From contig JAQGDQ010000035.1 in NCBI GenBank assembly GCA_030141605.1, positions 806,001-870,000 on the forward strand: 64,000 bases of DNA. The letters are read 5' to 3'. This document shows, in pieces, positions 37,880 through 51,290 of this stretch (its first letter is position 1; the number at the start of each line of letters is the position of its first letter). Source of the DNA: Tubiluchus corallicola. Its lineage: Eukaryota; Animalia; Priapulida. The translations under genes and the position numbers were made by a program. The notes under the pieces are model-generated. The model was not told the DNA's origin, did not search any database, and worked only from the letters and a program-made list of their open reading frames with translations.

Positions 37880-38490
37880 CTACCAGATCACCTTAGCTGA
37901 CCTTAGTTGACCTTTGACCCTAGTATCGAACAAAAACTGTCCTAGAGACATCAGTGCTTCCAATGTCGAACCGTGGCTTGTAGTGTAACAAATGAAAGGT
38001 TTCAATGAGACAAATTGAAAGGTGAAAGATTGGTTGAGCCATGATCTGCAAGGTATGGATCGAAAAATGTCGGGCAGACAAATGCTCTCAGTATTGAACA
38101 CCAGTAACTTGTAATATAATGTATGTCAGATGAGCGGTACTGAGTGAGGCGATGAACATCCACATTGGGTATAATGTATAATGTATGAGTTACACACACA
38201 TTGGGCTTGACGCCTGACCCTGAGGTCACGGATCAAAGTGTTAAGTTCGAATTTTAGTATTTTGTAGTATATAAAACAAAAAATCTCGGCTAGGCAAATT
38301 GAATTATGTATGTTGAACCGAGACTGATTGACCCGCGACCCAAGGGGACACTTAAATGAAATGGTAATTTTAGGCAAATTGTAGACAGTTTCAAAGGTGA
38401 CACTCGTTGAAGGTGACATTATAACCTTTACAGCCTTGATATGGGTCATAGCTGAAAAAATGAAAAGGTCAGATTTCACTGACTTATTAT
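37880..38490 (+). mobile_element. Non-autonomous element, same family as 50170-50920
   Basis: Shares CAAATGAAAGGT.TCAATGA.AC.AAT.GAA.GGT, GACGC..GACC....GTCACGG.T.AAG and a terminal GATTTCACTGA with the second copy. Confidence 0.6.
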
Positions 38491-41400
38491 TGTTAAGCTT
38501 AATGTACATATTTTAGTCATTATGAAACAGTTTTTATTAGTTAATGTGCAACAAAGGTTGCTACTTAAAGTATCTGCTGTCACAGAAGTAGACCTTTGCC
38601 CAGGTTTGTCACTGTCATAAACTTTCACAGTTAATTTTTACCTTTTTTTCGCAAATACTTAATGTAAACAAATGATCCATATTTCCTTCTTAAGTGATGC
38701 TGCGCTTGAATACATTGCCAAATTAATATAGTCTAGGTAGTTGAACGTAGTTCGACCCCATAGAAAGAAGAATTTTCTCATCTCCTCCTCAACGGTCACC
38801 CTTGCCCGAATTGCCAACACCCCCAAAAAGAAAAAAAAATTCTTGTATAATATAAAAATGAAGTATAATGGTAAATGTGTGTTAGGCTTATACATGTATT
38901 ATAGCGTACTAATTAAGTGTAGTTAATTACCTATCTACAGCCTGTGTTGATTGAATTTTAAACTGAATTTATGCTCCATTGTACGTTCTGGGCCTTTAGG
39001 GGCAATTGAATTTCAGCAATTTCTGCTAACTTTGGCTAGGTTTTCTCTCAGCCTTTTCATCGGAAATTTTTTGAAATTTTACCTCCTTTTTTCACGTATA
39101 CATTCAGTTCAATAGCTGCATTATAATCACAACCGTAACTCTGCAACCGTCTGGTTGCAAATGTTTCTTTTTGTGTGTTAATGTCCCCAGCTTTTTTGTG
39201 TTTCGTTTCCTGTATACCCTTTCTTGAAGACTTCGATTGCTATGTTTATTTGCCATAATTAGATAAATGCTATTGTAAAAACCTTTTTGTTGACGGAAAT
39301 ATCGTTACGATAAGCACTTCCTTGGGTTTGTTGCTCCACGATAAAAGAAAACAATATACAATAGAAACTGCGGGAAAAATCGAGAACCGCTTGTAGTCGC
39401 TGAGTGAATTGACGTAATCTTAGGAAACCACATCAAGGACGAAGTGTTTTTTGCAGGAAGACACTAGCTAGCAGCATGCATGAATCATTCATTTTAACAG
39501 GAAAATAACGAAAGCAAGTTCGTTTCACTTAACTAAAGTGTTGAGCAGTTATGCAGTTACACATGAACTATGTTATTACTTATGCTAACCTTAAAAATGA
39601 AAGAATTACTTCCAGAATTTGCCCCCCCCCCAAGAAAAAAATTGGTGCCTAGGAAACTGCCTGATTAGGCAAGTGGTAGAGTGGCCCTGAATTGACGCGT
39701 CACATCACTTGCGTTACTGATATATAATTTGCTCCGATTAAATGTAATAGACCAACGCTGAAATCTGGATATACTTTTTAACAAATTTTTAACATTTTCT
39801 TACGACAATTACATATGAACCAGCGCACCAGAGCACATCATCAGTATATACAGAAAAATAAAACTGAAGTAAGACAGTCATCATTTTGCAAGCCAAATCG
39901 ATTCCAGGGTGTTTATTTATTTAAATTCCATCATCAATAGCACGAAATCTAAAGCAATAAATGTAAAATAAAAAGTAGGATAAGAACAAATTTAAAATTT
40001 TCAATTTCTGTACTACACTCAAATAAAATTCCCATATCTATGGTGTTTCGACTGTTCCAATAAAACGTTAGTATATCTACTACGCTCCAACGTTTCAAAA
40101 TTACCCAAAATAGTGTATTACGTCAGTGATTATTAAAATAGTCCTTTGCCTTGTTTTGGTTGGTCAGTTATGGCACATTAGTGTCATATTGTACCCATCC
40201 CACTCACACTCAGACAAAAATGTGTTAGCACATCCCAATTCTTAAGGTATCTTTTAAATTTTATTTGTTTAAACCTTTCCATTTTATACCAGTCCTTATT
40301 ACAGCTACATTTTTTCAAATTCCCCCAAATTTAACCATGCATTAGATTACTTCTTGATCGTCCCTTACAGGTTAGCCTTAGCACCTTAATGGCAAGGCAC
40401 TGCTGACAAAGTTAGATCGGAAAATGGCTACGCAGATCTAAGTTTTTAAAATTTTATGAAGTGACAACACAAGAGAGGCAGCAGTTGCTATGCTAATGAC
40501 GTGAAGATTGTTTCCTGAGCAACTGTACAGTTACCAGTGTAGCAAATAGAATAAAATGCACTTCGCATACTCTGGTTAATCACATTTATCAGCAGTTTTT
40601 TGTGCAGAAAACTCTGGTACTTGCATTTGAAAAAAATTGTGCAATTGGAGTGTAAAATGATGTTACCCAGCAGCGTCAACTAATCATAAGATTAGTTGCC
40701 ATAAATTGAACGATTCCAGCTGTTTTCTTTGTTCTCTTCATTGTTTCTAATGTTTCCAGCAAGTGGCTTTATCACACATGTACGATGGCATAGAATAAAA
40801 ACTACCAGTTTGCAACTGGGCTTACTGTTGCAGCTCTTTAGCAGGGTAAATGCTTAATTCTGTTATGATCTCAGAAGATGGGCACAATAGGGTGAAATGT
40901 TACTGCCTGCAATGAGTTGTTATACAACCATTCCCTGCTGCCCTACAACCATTCCCTAGTAAAAATAAGCAGTGACCTTGACAACCAGCTTACGAGATTT
41001 TACGTTATTGGTCAAATACTGAAATATAATTATGTCTTGTTAAATACTTTGGGAATTTTCAACTGTGTTAGATATATGCAGATGTAATAATTACTATTGT
41101 TTGATGTTAGACAGTTAGAGAGCTATGCGAGAAATGTGTAAGAATCATCACAATGCATTTTTAAAGTCATTATTAGAATTAGAATCATCAGAATCATATA
41201 TTTTTATATGTAGATCACTAAAATTCAGTAATACCAATGCCTCTGTGATATTAATATTTCTTATATTTGTTTACGTGTGTTACTTTTTGTGTTAATAAGT
41301 AAGACAAAAAAGCAATACAATTAGTATTAGTATTTTTATGTGATTTTCCCTTGTCGTTTTTCACCTAATGATAAAACACAGCAGCGATTTTAAACGTCAC

Positions 41401-42290
41401 GCATGTTTCTTTTTTCTGTTTTTGTTAATTATAGAAACACTTATTAAAAACATTCAGATATCAAATTAAAGATTTGTAACCCCAGAATCTTAAAATTTAA
41501 AAATCCGAAAATTCAAAAAATTAAAAGTAAAATTGAAAACTTTTAAAATTCCAAATTTTTAATTTGAAGTGAAAGCTCTTTGGATTTGTCACTTAAAAAC
41601 TGAAAACTTAAAACTAAAGATTTACTAGCTAAAAATTTAACATGCGGTGTCGGCAATTCTTGTTAACCCAGGTTTTAGGCGTCAAGCCCAAGAATTCACC
41701 TTGCAATTGAAGTTTTGACCAGGTTTAGGATCGTCCAAAAATATAACTAAGAACAACTGCGAAAAGGTGGGTCGTGTTAGTTATGATGGTCTGTTAACAG
41801 CAGTGTTTTCCGTTACAGCTCCTATTCTGCTTTGCATTACTATGGTGTGAAATGGAAATTGAGAATGTGATGCACGTTTGTTCTCTGTATAGTTTATCAC
41901 ATAATTTACATCTGACATAGTAGAAACCTTTCTCAATTACATTTTAGAGTTTTTTGAAAGAATAGATGAAAACACAACTCGGATCTAAGGATAGGTTGTT
42001 TTGCAACAATTTTGCCCGTAAACTATTACCTTTTTAACCAAACTTAAAGCTTATTTTGTTGTTTCCCTTAACTCAAATTTTAGATTCTTTTAACCAATTT
42101 TTCATACCTTGTTCTATAACTTGAGGTTACAGGTATGTGGTTATACATGTATTTACGTTACAGATGAAATAAATTACTTTCTATACATTTAGCCTGTTGT
42201 ATAACTGTGACTCACAAGATGAGACAAATAACAGTTTGTGCATATACTGTATATAACTCAAATCTAACAAAAATTTCGTTTTAATGCAGG

Positions 42291-42923
42291 ATGGCAGACG
42301 TATTTGCAATGATGTATGTCGATGTGGATGAAGAGTTTGATGATGGTCCACAGAAACCTTTACCAGATCCACCAAAAGCAGCTGATTTTAATAGACAGCG
42401 AGTGTTGCATCTGTCGTTGCTCATCGTTGTTGTAGGACTGGCTTGTATTAGCCTAGAAGTCGTGAAAAGTTTTTATTATGTTTCACTTTTTCACTCAGAG
42501 GTCAACATATATTTAGCCATATTAGTTCCTGTGACAGGACTATTGGGGGTTCTAGCTGCACGAAGGCCTAGACAGTGGATATACGTGTTCCTTCTGTATT
42601 TGATCATTCCCACAGCTATAGCAAGTGTGGTTATTCTTGTGCGCAATGGTTTCATTTGGTATTATCTCCGAAATAATTATGCTGGCTTCATAATAAGCGT
42701 CGAGAAAAGCGCCTGGGAGAATTATTTTAAAGACCAGTTTCAAAATCTTAAACATGAACTGGCGGTTTATTATGGTATCTCAATAGCGGCTGTTGTGTCG
42801 CAGTCAGTAGCTGTCGTGACAATCACCTGGTTGGGTTACTATGCATTCAAGATATTCCAAGTAGCGTGTGCAGTGTGCAGAGACAAACTTGGTGTTGAGA
42901 TCAGTGAAAGTGAACGCGAATAG
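42291..42923 (+). CDS. MS4A/CD20-like four-transmembrane protein (210 aa, single coding exon)
   Basis: Four hydrophobic helices. The TM2 motif VTGLLGVLAARRP resembles the CD20-family (I/V)TGxLG. Acceptor TTTTAATGCAG|G directly before the ATG; AATAAA at 42931. Confidence 0.75.
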   Translation: MADVFAMMYVDVDEEFDDGPQKPLPDPPKAADFNRQRVLHLSLLIVVVGLACISLEVVKSFYYVSLFHSEVNIYLAILVPVTGLLGVLAARRPRQWIYVFLLYLIIPTAIASVVILVRNGFIWYYLRNNYAGFIISVEKSAWENYFKDQFQNLKHELAVYYGISIAAVVSQSVAVVTITWLGYYAFKIFQVACAVCRDKLGVEISESERE

Positions 42924-43352
42924 AACAAACAATAAACAATTGTTATAACGTCATCATTCCCATCGTAACTTGTAATACATGTGCAACTATAAGCAAAAAT
43001 ATTATCATAATAATTGTTGTGCAGATTACAGACAGCATATTCAGGCCTTTTGACAGTCAAAATTTATACCAGCCGTATTCAAAACGCAACGCAACGCTAT
43101 AAAATGAAAAAAGTTTTTCAGAAAATTCCAAGCAACTGGTTTTTACTTTGTTTTGTGAAAACTTCATTAGTGTCCTTCGTGTCCCTTCCATAAAATCAGT
43201 ATCTGGCAATACAAACTTCGATTAATATGTGAGCTTATTTTTACTTTTTTGTGCCGATTGTACTTTTTCTTAGGTATGAACATACAGAGCCGAAGTTTAA
43301 TAGCAAAAACGTCAACAAAGTTTTTAAACAAATAATATATTACTAGCTAAAC

Positions 43353-43834
43353 CAGGGGTGTGCAAATTGTCAGACTAGCCGGGCCACATTAAACTTTCCC
43401 GCAATTCCTGCGGGCCACAGGCAGTTTGATCAAGGAGCCAAGTACAGAAAGGCCTAATAACGATTTTTTTGCATCCGACCTGCGTACATCATTACTACTA
43501 CACTCAAGAAACTATTTTAGAAGTTATTAAAATTTATATTACAAACCATATATTTCTACTTTCAGGACAGATAGTGGTAATTTCATTACAATGGATATTA
43601 GTAATGTGTATCATACAGTCTGTGTAGTACAGTGACATTAAGCTACAACCGTCTTGTAAGGGTTAATGGCATCCGATCTAGTAGAAAAAACTACCCGCAA
43701 TATCTTTGGGATTGTGGCATGGACTTCAGCTGGATACACCCACTTAATCGCCCGGGCCGCACTTTCATTAGGTTGACAAATCTCTTCGCGGGCCGCACAA
43801 ATTCTCTCGGCGGGCCGCAATTTGCACACCCCTG
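43353..43834. mobile_element. hAT (Charlie-like) MITE, 482 bp
   Basis: 17 bp perfect TIR CAGGGGTGTGCAAATTG. Perfect 8 bp TSD AGCTAAAC (43345-43352, 43835-43842). Subterminal CGGGCC repeats. Confidence 0.95.
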
Positions 43835-44269
43835 AGCTAAACCATGAAAAATAATGTGCATATAAACCTACAACAACACACCGTACGACACCTCACACTA
43901 CAACAATTGACACCCACGAACTATAACACCCACATCACCACACCCACTATTAACAGCAACAACAATGGAGAAGTACAAAATCTGCTGCAGATTTGGAAAT
44001 ATACAAATAGTTGAGGACTCAACTCACTTATTTAATGAATTCAGCTGAAACAATTATTATACTGAGCTTGTGACTGAGAATGTTTAAATGTGTTAAATCT
44101 CTTTTCCATTATTCTAAAGAATCGGCGTTACTGAGTGCTTATCATTTTGCAAAGTTCTGTGTTCTCTAGAAGAATTTAAATATAAACTCTGAATTATAAA
44201 ACGCCCCATCAGGCAGTTGTGCAGGAAATTTACACTAAGAATTTCTCAATTTTCTTGCATTCTCAATTA

Positions 44270-44675
44270 TCAGTATTTATCTCTGACTAATTAACGTCCA
44301 GTCAGTAATTCGTCATTCACATCAAATCTTTGAGAAAGAATAGCTAGTACGCAAATTCAAATGCATTTGACACATCACGGTTTACATCCAGAATTACAGC
44401 ATTCTTACAGAGCGCATCACAGCACTGTATTCCGAGACTATTCTTTAAAATAAAAAACGATATTTTTATGAACATGAATAGGCAATATATCACTCTTCTG
44501 GTCTTGCTTGATGTGAGCGCCGCCTTTGATACAGTGAACCTCATCATCCTAATGCAGACACTATGCTTTAAATTTGACATTACCAGAACTGTTTTAATTT
44601 ACTTGGATTGAGGCTTATTTGGAAAATAGGTCACAGCAAGTTTCAGTAAAATGTGTCCTGTCTGAAGAATTCAAT
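44270..44675 (+). mobile_element. L2 LINE RT fragment
   Basis: PELQHSYRAHHST...KIKNDIFMNM...LLVLLDVSAAFDTVN...WIEAYLENRSQQVSV. It breaks off at a TAGGG.../TCGAAT-repeat transposon end near 44677. Confidence 0.85.
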
Positions 44676-46065
44676 AGGGCCGAGCAAACACTACCAGAAG
44701 TAAATTTCGAGTTAAATCGAATTTTTGGCTTTCGAATTCGAATCGTATCGAATCGAAAAGTGATTGATTTGTGTAATTAAGAATAAGAACAAAAATAATT
44801 AGGGGTACTTGGCAATCTAGTGAATCTACTTTTAATTACTATTTTGAGTGAAAATGCTTGAGATTATTTGCTTTATTGTCCGTCTTGCAAGTTACCTATT
44901 CATTAAACTTAAAGGATACCAAACAAGTAAATACTTGCTTTTGCAGGCAATGCTAACAACGCAAGTATTTTCTAAATTACTATAATAAGAATCGCAATGC
45001 AAGTCGTAGGTGGGGGTGGGGGTGGTGGTATCTAAAAAACTTTCTTAGACCGTAAGTCATCGCTAAATCTTTTATTTCCTGAAATACGTCGCTTCTCTAA
45101 TTTTTGGATCATTAAATACTATATTATGCTCTGGTATGAGAATAAGGGCTCTTAGACTGAGGGCACTTAGATTGGATTGAATCTTTATGAAATCAAGAAA
45201 ACACTACTTTGCTGACAATTTTTTCAAATAATTGTTACTCTTATAGTCTTTGCATTTCTCAAATCTGCAGGTGCTTATACTCCATTTATCCTTGGCATTT
45301 GTAGTAAAGGAACACAATATTTGGGCACTGAAAGTATCTATTGTGATTGTACAACAAACCTGACTTCAGATTTCACCAAAGATGTGTTGGTTAGAAACAT
45401 TACACAAGAAACATTGAAAAATTCATAAAATGTATTAAACACTGTAAAACAGGCTAAACACATTAAAATTCCCAGACGTTTCTAAACCTAATTTGTGCAG
45501 TATCAGTTGTGTGTACAAACTACAACAACAAAGCTGTTTTTAAAAGTTATGAGTGAATTACCTGTATCTATGTAGAAAACTGTTAACGAGTTGGAAGTGG
45601 AACACATCCATAACAGCATGTTATTCACATAGAATTCTAAGTATTGGTAGAATTCTATGTGAATAACAGAGGAGATTCTATCAATACAAGGTGTCGCAGA
45701 AGTCACTATACACGTCACATTTTCTATTTTTTTGTAGCAAACAATGCAAAACCTATAAAAATAGATATAGATCAACGAAAATCCGAGAACTACTGCATTA
45801 GTAGGCTTTGCTATTTTTGCTACCTTCTTCAGAGACATCAAGAGTCGCAGGGACCTATTCAATGCCAAGTCGGGCATCTTGCATTGAAAAAGTCTCTCAC
45901 AGCTCATGAGAGGTGAGGAAGGGCTGCACTTTGCTGAAGAACTACACGGTTTCTGTGGATGCCACTTTTGCAGGCCTTTGGGGGTGCCAGAGCACCAGTT
46001 AGGTACTTTTTAGACAGAAGTTATTCAACATGTCTTCCGAGTTTAGTAGGTAAGGAAATCACTGA

Positions 46066-46296
46066 TTATTTTGATAAGCTGCAAGCTTGCTGAGCTTGTG
46101 GTGCACAGACGCCATTTTCAGCATCTGTCATTTCCGTACAATCCGTATTAAGAGTGTCAGTGTTTTGTCTTATGAAGTACGAATCCAGCGTTTGTGAGCG
46201 GAATGTCTGATGCATGCAGTGTGACGCCGACACTCTCGTGTATTCATGTGTAAAAGCTCCGATGATTGCTCCTAATATCGGCCCAACCCAATAAAC
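46066..46296 (-). CDS. Aquaporin terminal exon (VYWVGPILGAIIGAFTHEY...ACSLSK*)
   Basis: Acceptor GATTTCAG|GTT at 46297/46296, canonical TM6 motif YWVGP..GA, stop TAA at 46068-46066. Confidence 0.92.
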   Translation of the reverse strand, partial: VYWVGPILGAIIGAFTHEYTRVSASHCMHQTFRSQTLDSYFIRQNTDTLNTDCTEMTDAENGVCAPQAQQACSLSK

Positions 46297-48207
46297 CTGA
46301 AATCAGGAAACACTAATGAGCGATGTGCCTATAAGCAGCCTAGCAAATTGTGCTAAGACTGCTCATGATACTTTCGCAACTGTAGATAAAAGTAACAAAC
46401 TAGAATTTGTTTTTGGAGTAGTTGACGCGGGCGTGACTATCCAAAACCGCATCGTATTTTAAGTTTACAATCTTAAAAATACGTAAAATGAATTTCTGAT
46501 TGATTTGATGTTAAAATTTAAGATTTAAACACGCTCCTATTACTAAAAATAATTAACAGACACGGTTTACAATACTATTAAAATGATGTAAGTTGCACAA
46601 CATCTTTATTAAAATCGATACGTTATGATAATGTCCTTTACTATCTTCACTTGCATTGAAACATACATATTTCAATTCTAATATTGTACAAATTAAAAAT
46701 AATTGCAATTTCTTTCTTAATCTGCTTATGACTAACAGAGTGAAGTGATAGTTATATGCATAGTTATAGGCTTACGTAGAAATATAATCCTCATTTACTA
46801 ACCGTGTATAATAGTGTAATCTTATCTCATGTGGTTGCTTTCTCTACATACATATCATCTAGCATGAATAAATGTCAAAAGTAATTGTTGAAAATGGTTA
46901 GTAACTTTAACTTAACCAGTTTTATATAAAACTTTAGTTGCTGATGATGTAATACAGATGTATGATGAATTTAATACAGATGTATATATTCAGAAAACCA
47001 ACCAAATGCAACTTTTTCCAACTTTTTTTAAACAATCCAGTTTTGGTTAATACTTGACAATAGTCCCATGCTATAAGAAGAAATGATTTGGTCATTAATT
47101 TCTGCAGAACGGGTGTTTCATTGCTACCCCATTGGCCCGCCAGTTCATTGCCAACACTATTACAATGCTTTGGAATGAATGAAGTAAAAATCAAAGATCA
47201 TTTTTAAAGAACACAGAAATTTAAAAAGAACTACAAATCCAAAACTGTTAGCCGATTAAGCTAAATTTTGTTAAACACCAAGTCGGCTGACAAATTACCT
47301 CACTGATTGTTACTAACAAGAAGGGCTTGAAAGCTATTTCTTTGTTAAAAACACAAATTACAAAAGTATTTACCTAGTTTCGCAAAACTTTGCAAAATTA
47401 ATGTTGCAGTGATGCTTGTTAAAAAACTGCTAGCAACGACCCCAGCATGAAGATTTTTGTTTTCCGTCCTTGTCTGTATAGGAATGGCACATGCCTGGTG
47501 AACATTTCATTAGCAGCATGAGGCTAATGTGGTGCTTCTGGCGGTATAAAATCAAATTCTGTAGTTTAGTTTGTTGTGCAATAGCCAGTTTGCGGTGATT
47601 ATTATGGCGGCGCAGGAAACAATCTGTAGGTATTTTATTGTTACATTTAATGTATATGGTGGTTTTACTAAGTTTACTTGATAGTTCTTCTAACGGGTCG
47701 CTGATGTTTACTGTTTAATTCTAAAATTTCGTCTTTATCAGATACATCAAGGTTTCTGACAGTATAATTTCCCGTCATACTATTAGACGAAGAAGTGAAG
47801 AATATGAAAATTTTTCACTGAATAGCTCGTTACTAAAATAACTTTACCAGAACAACATTTGCTAGATTAGTATTTCGTGCTGCTAGAATGAAATTACTGC
47901 TATGTAATGTCTAAAACTTCCACTTAGAATTAGAGTTCTTAAGGAAGTTCCTAATACGATGGTTGTTGGCAAGCAGTTCGCTGGTATTCTAAATACTCAA
48001 ATCCTATTTAAGATTTAAGGATCTAAAACAACCATCATACAAAGAAGAGCAAAGATTTGCATTGCAAGCAATATCGACGTAACAACTCGTTGTCACAAAT
48101 TATACAAACAAAATAAACAAATTATTTTTACTAACAAAGAAAACAAAAGTCAACAAGACAATGTTGCGATTGCGATAAGGTTTGATGGTATCTAAATAAT
48201 GTCTTAC

Positions 48208-48288
48208 CCAGTGGTGTTTCCAGAAATTTGTTACGACAGCTGGCCCAAATGAACGGGCTGGATTCATGCTAGCTCCTGTGTACCGAAA
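48208..48288 (-). CDS. Aquaporin 81 bp exon carrying the second NPA
   Basis: [27 protein letters not shown], bounded by TTTTCAG| and |GTAAGA, phase 0/0. Confidence 0.96.
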
Positions 48289-48526
48289 CTGAAAATCAGT
48301 AAATTGCAACTATGTAAGCACTAAATTTTGTTTAAATAGCTTATTTTTTTGTTAATTTATTTAACTTATTTATTTTTACAAAAATATACAACAATAACAG
48401 AAAGCGGTAACAAGATAATTTAAATCATCATGGAAACATTTACCAGAGATAAAATCTCCTTAGACAAGAATACAGTGGCTGAAGTTTACAAGTTACACAA
48501 CAATTAGTTCATAAAAGTTATAAATA

Positions 48527-49071
48527 CCGTATTTTCCCATGTATAAGAGACCCTTGTGTATAAGAGACCCCTTCAATTTTTAGGCAAAAATTCTGGAAAA
48601 AAGTTTTTTGGTAATGAATAACTTTATTCATCATAGAAATCATTAAATTCCTCATCACTCTCATCAACCGCTTCATAGTCGAACGCGACACGCCTTGCTT
48701 AGGCTGACTCATCTCGTTGACCTCTGCCGACGTATCAATGACGTCGACGGGCATGCAGAGTGCTTATGCAGATGCGTTGATTAGCTGCAGAACAATCGAT
48801 TCTCTCCAATACCAAAGAGACATTTAAAAAAATAATAACTTACCCGGTACATTAATTTTATCATTAGAATTTAGCCATGGAGAAGATTTATTGAAAGGAA
48901 ACTATAATTATTCGAAATAAAACAGTTGTAGAGCACTTATTTCTTTAAAATCATTAGTGTCACAATTTATGCATCTTATTGAAAAGACTTACTCCCATGT
49001 ATAAGAGACCCCCTATTTTTAAAGTGAAAATTCTGAGCAAAAAAGGGTCTCTTATACATGGGAAAATACGG
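48527..49071. mobile_element. Tc1/mariner (pogo/Tc2-type) MITE, 545 bp, in an aquaporin intron
   Basis: TA TSD at 48525-48526 and 49072-49073. 29 bp perfect TIR CCGTATTTTCCCATGTATAAGAGACCCTT, with internal repeats of the TIR core at ~48557 and ~48994. Confidence 0.95.
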
Positions 49072-49259
49072 TATCACAAAAAATACGTAAAATAATAAAG
49101 GAGTGAGTATTTTTGACTTTTTACATACTTGCATAGCATTTATCGTTATCACATTGACAATAATAATCTATTCGAATCTAGACAATACGAAACTCATATT
49201 TCATATTTTATACTTTGCAATTTCCAAAAGATTCGGTTTTCGAAGGGAGTAATTTGTTG

Positions 49260-50167
49260 TAGATACTCTGAGTGTTCTTAAAAAGTGGGCGTGGTCAGGT
49301 CACGTGACATGGGCAAAAGTTTTAAAATGGGGTCTGGTCAATAACACCATAACTATAAGAGCTAGAATCATGAGACTTGCGGGGTAGGCACCAGAGGTCC
49401 CTGGACTAACACTGATATAGTGACATTTCACCTTAGATCAAAGGGGGTCAAGGACGCTGGCCACTGGTCGTTTTTTGTTGCTGATCTCCTCTTACGGCTT
49501 TGGATTAAATTCAAAGTGTTTTCACAGGTATTTAGGTCCTTAAGTAGGTATATATGCCTTAAGTATTTTTTGGAAATTGGAGTCTAGGAAAGTTCCGAGT
49601 TAGGAGCCAAAATGAGAAAATTAGGGCAAGCGTCTTTGTCGCCTAACTTCTCTTACAGTATTGGACTAGGAGTCAAAAGTTTTAAAATGAGGTCTGGTCG
49701 ATAACTCCATATGTATAGGAGCTACAACCATGAAACTTGCGGGGTGAACACCTTTCAAAGCTAGCTACAGAGCTGTATAAGACTGATGACCTCTGGGTCA
49801 AACGTTACGGCAGCAGGACGCAAAACGTTAAAATTAGGGCAAATGACTTTGTCGCTCAACACCATTTACAGTATTAGATTAGAGACTTGTGTTATTATAC
49901 GCATTGGTAGACGGTCGAACGCAAATGTGTACTAAGCATTTTCGGAAAGTGGGCGTGGCTATGTCAAGTGACATAGGCAAAAGTGTTATAAAGGGATTGC
50001 TATAAAATGGATTTCCTAGGTAATCAAGCACGGAGAATACAGCAATATCAAAATTCTGATCTTGAGGTAAAGACCAAACCAGCAAAGGCTTTTCACTGTC
50101 CGCAGTTGCAATTTTGGTCATAATGTAGAACCTTAAGTTTATGGCCTTGTCATAAACACGGTCTAGT
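49260..50167 (+). mobile_element. Non-autonomous element with internal direct repeats (Helitron/Helentron-like 3' end)
   Basis: CAAAAGTTTTAAAATG.GGTCTGGTC.ATAAC...ACTTGCGGGGT at 49314 and 49674; AAAGTGGGCGTGG at 49281 and 49946. Ends with a short hairpin (GTTTATG...CATAAAC) followed by CTAG at ~50163-50166. Confidence 0.55.
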
Positions 50168-50169
50168 TA

Positions 50170-50920
50170 TTATTATTACTGTTATTTGTGATGTTTTGCT
50201 TCTTTAATAACTCGCACACGCACTGGGCTAGGTTTACAAAACTCACAGGGTACACTCCCCATGTAGGGGAATTTATGTTTTTGTGTAATCCGCCACCCTC
50301 AGGTGAAAAGTCATAGAGCGGGCAAAGCTGCTTGTTTTTTCGTTAGACTGTATCTCCTCCTAGAATTTTTGAGCTAAGGCCACAATTTTTGGTATGAGGC
50401 TAGGTGGAGTTGAGCTGTTTTGCAGGGCTGAATTTGAGCCATTTGGCGTATGGAAAAATGTTTCGGTAGGGTGCAAAAACCAAAATCGAGGGGGTTGGGG
50501 ACACCAATGCTCCCAGTTTCGAGTAACAGTGTCGTATAATGTATCAAATGAAAGGTGTCAATGAAACGAATCGAACGGTAGAAGTGTCATTGATTTTTTG
50601 TAGACGCTGGACCTCAATGTCACGGGTTAAAGGTAAGAGTTTCCGATTTCAGTATTGAAATGTTTGCGAAAGATTGTCGAGAAAAAAACGAACGAAATAC
50701 CTGTTGTGTGCTTGTTTGAAAAGAAAAGCTACGCAAGACTTAGTTAGCATCGCTAATTAGATTCGTGACTGTCACCTCTCAGCAAAATATATTTTCGATT
50801 TTACTCCTTCCTGAGCAAGCAAGCATGGCAAATTCAACGAAGGCAATATTAAGCCCATCGAGCCTTGAGTTTCGGACTACGGAAAAAGTGACAAGTTCTG
50901 ATTTCACTGAAGTTTTTAAT
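50170..50920 (+). mobile_element. Non-autonomous element, same family as 37880-38490
   Basis: Shared motifs at 50545-50584, 50602-50656 and 50895-50911. Confidence 0.6.
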
Positions 50921-51214
50921 GTCAAACACAACAGCACTTACATACATTATGCTAACTTCAAACATTTTTTATTTGAAAAGCTATCACATAAAGTCGTCTC
51001 CAGTCGCAGAGGTAGAATCTTACCACAGTTTTCAAAAACGTCCTCTAGTTGATTTTTATTTTTGAAAAATTTTGAGTTTGCAATCTTTGTTAGTACTTGA
51101 TTAACTATTCATAATTTTTGTGTCAAGATCGTCTTTAGTGATGATACAAACCCCTAATTAATTGAATTTTGATACTAAACTCAAAAAACGAAATTGTGAA
51201 AAACTGTGACACTG

Positions 51215-51290
51215 CTCGGATTGGAACTTGGGAAGCTCAGGCTGCAAAACCGACTTCACACTCACCAGACCTCCACCTGTCGCCCCTCGA
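51215..51290 (-). repeat. tRNA-derived SINE head remnant
   Basis: Minus strand GGTGGAGGTCTGGTGAG...CCCAAGTTCCAATCC resembles degenerate A and B boxes. Confidence 0.4.

Noticed and set aside
40380-40960. Further LINE RT relic (CYANDVKI); similar hints at 12860-13380 and 21750-22330
   Set aside because: Only one or two weak motifs each, too decayed to delimit or classify.
45503-45916. 134 aa and 90 aa ORFs just past the aquaporin stop
   Set aside because: No recognisable motif or splice support; most likely aquaporin 3' UTR.
45940-46068. AQP4ex-style stop-codon readthrough
   Set aside because: The stop context is TAA-TCAG, not TGA-CTAG, and another stop follows 15 codons later.
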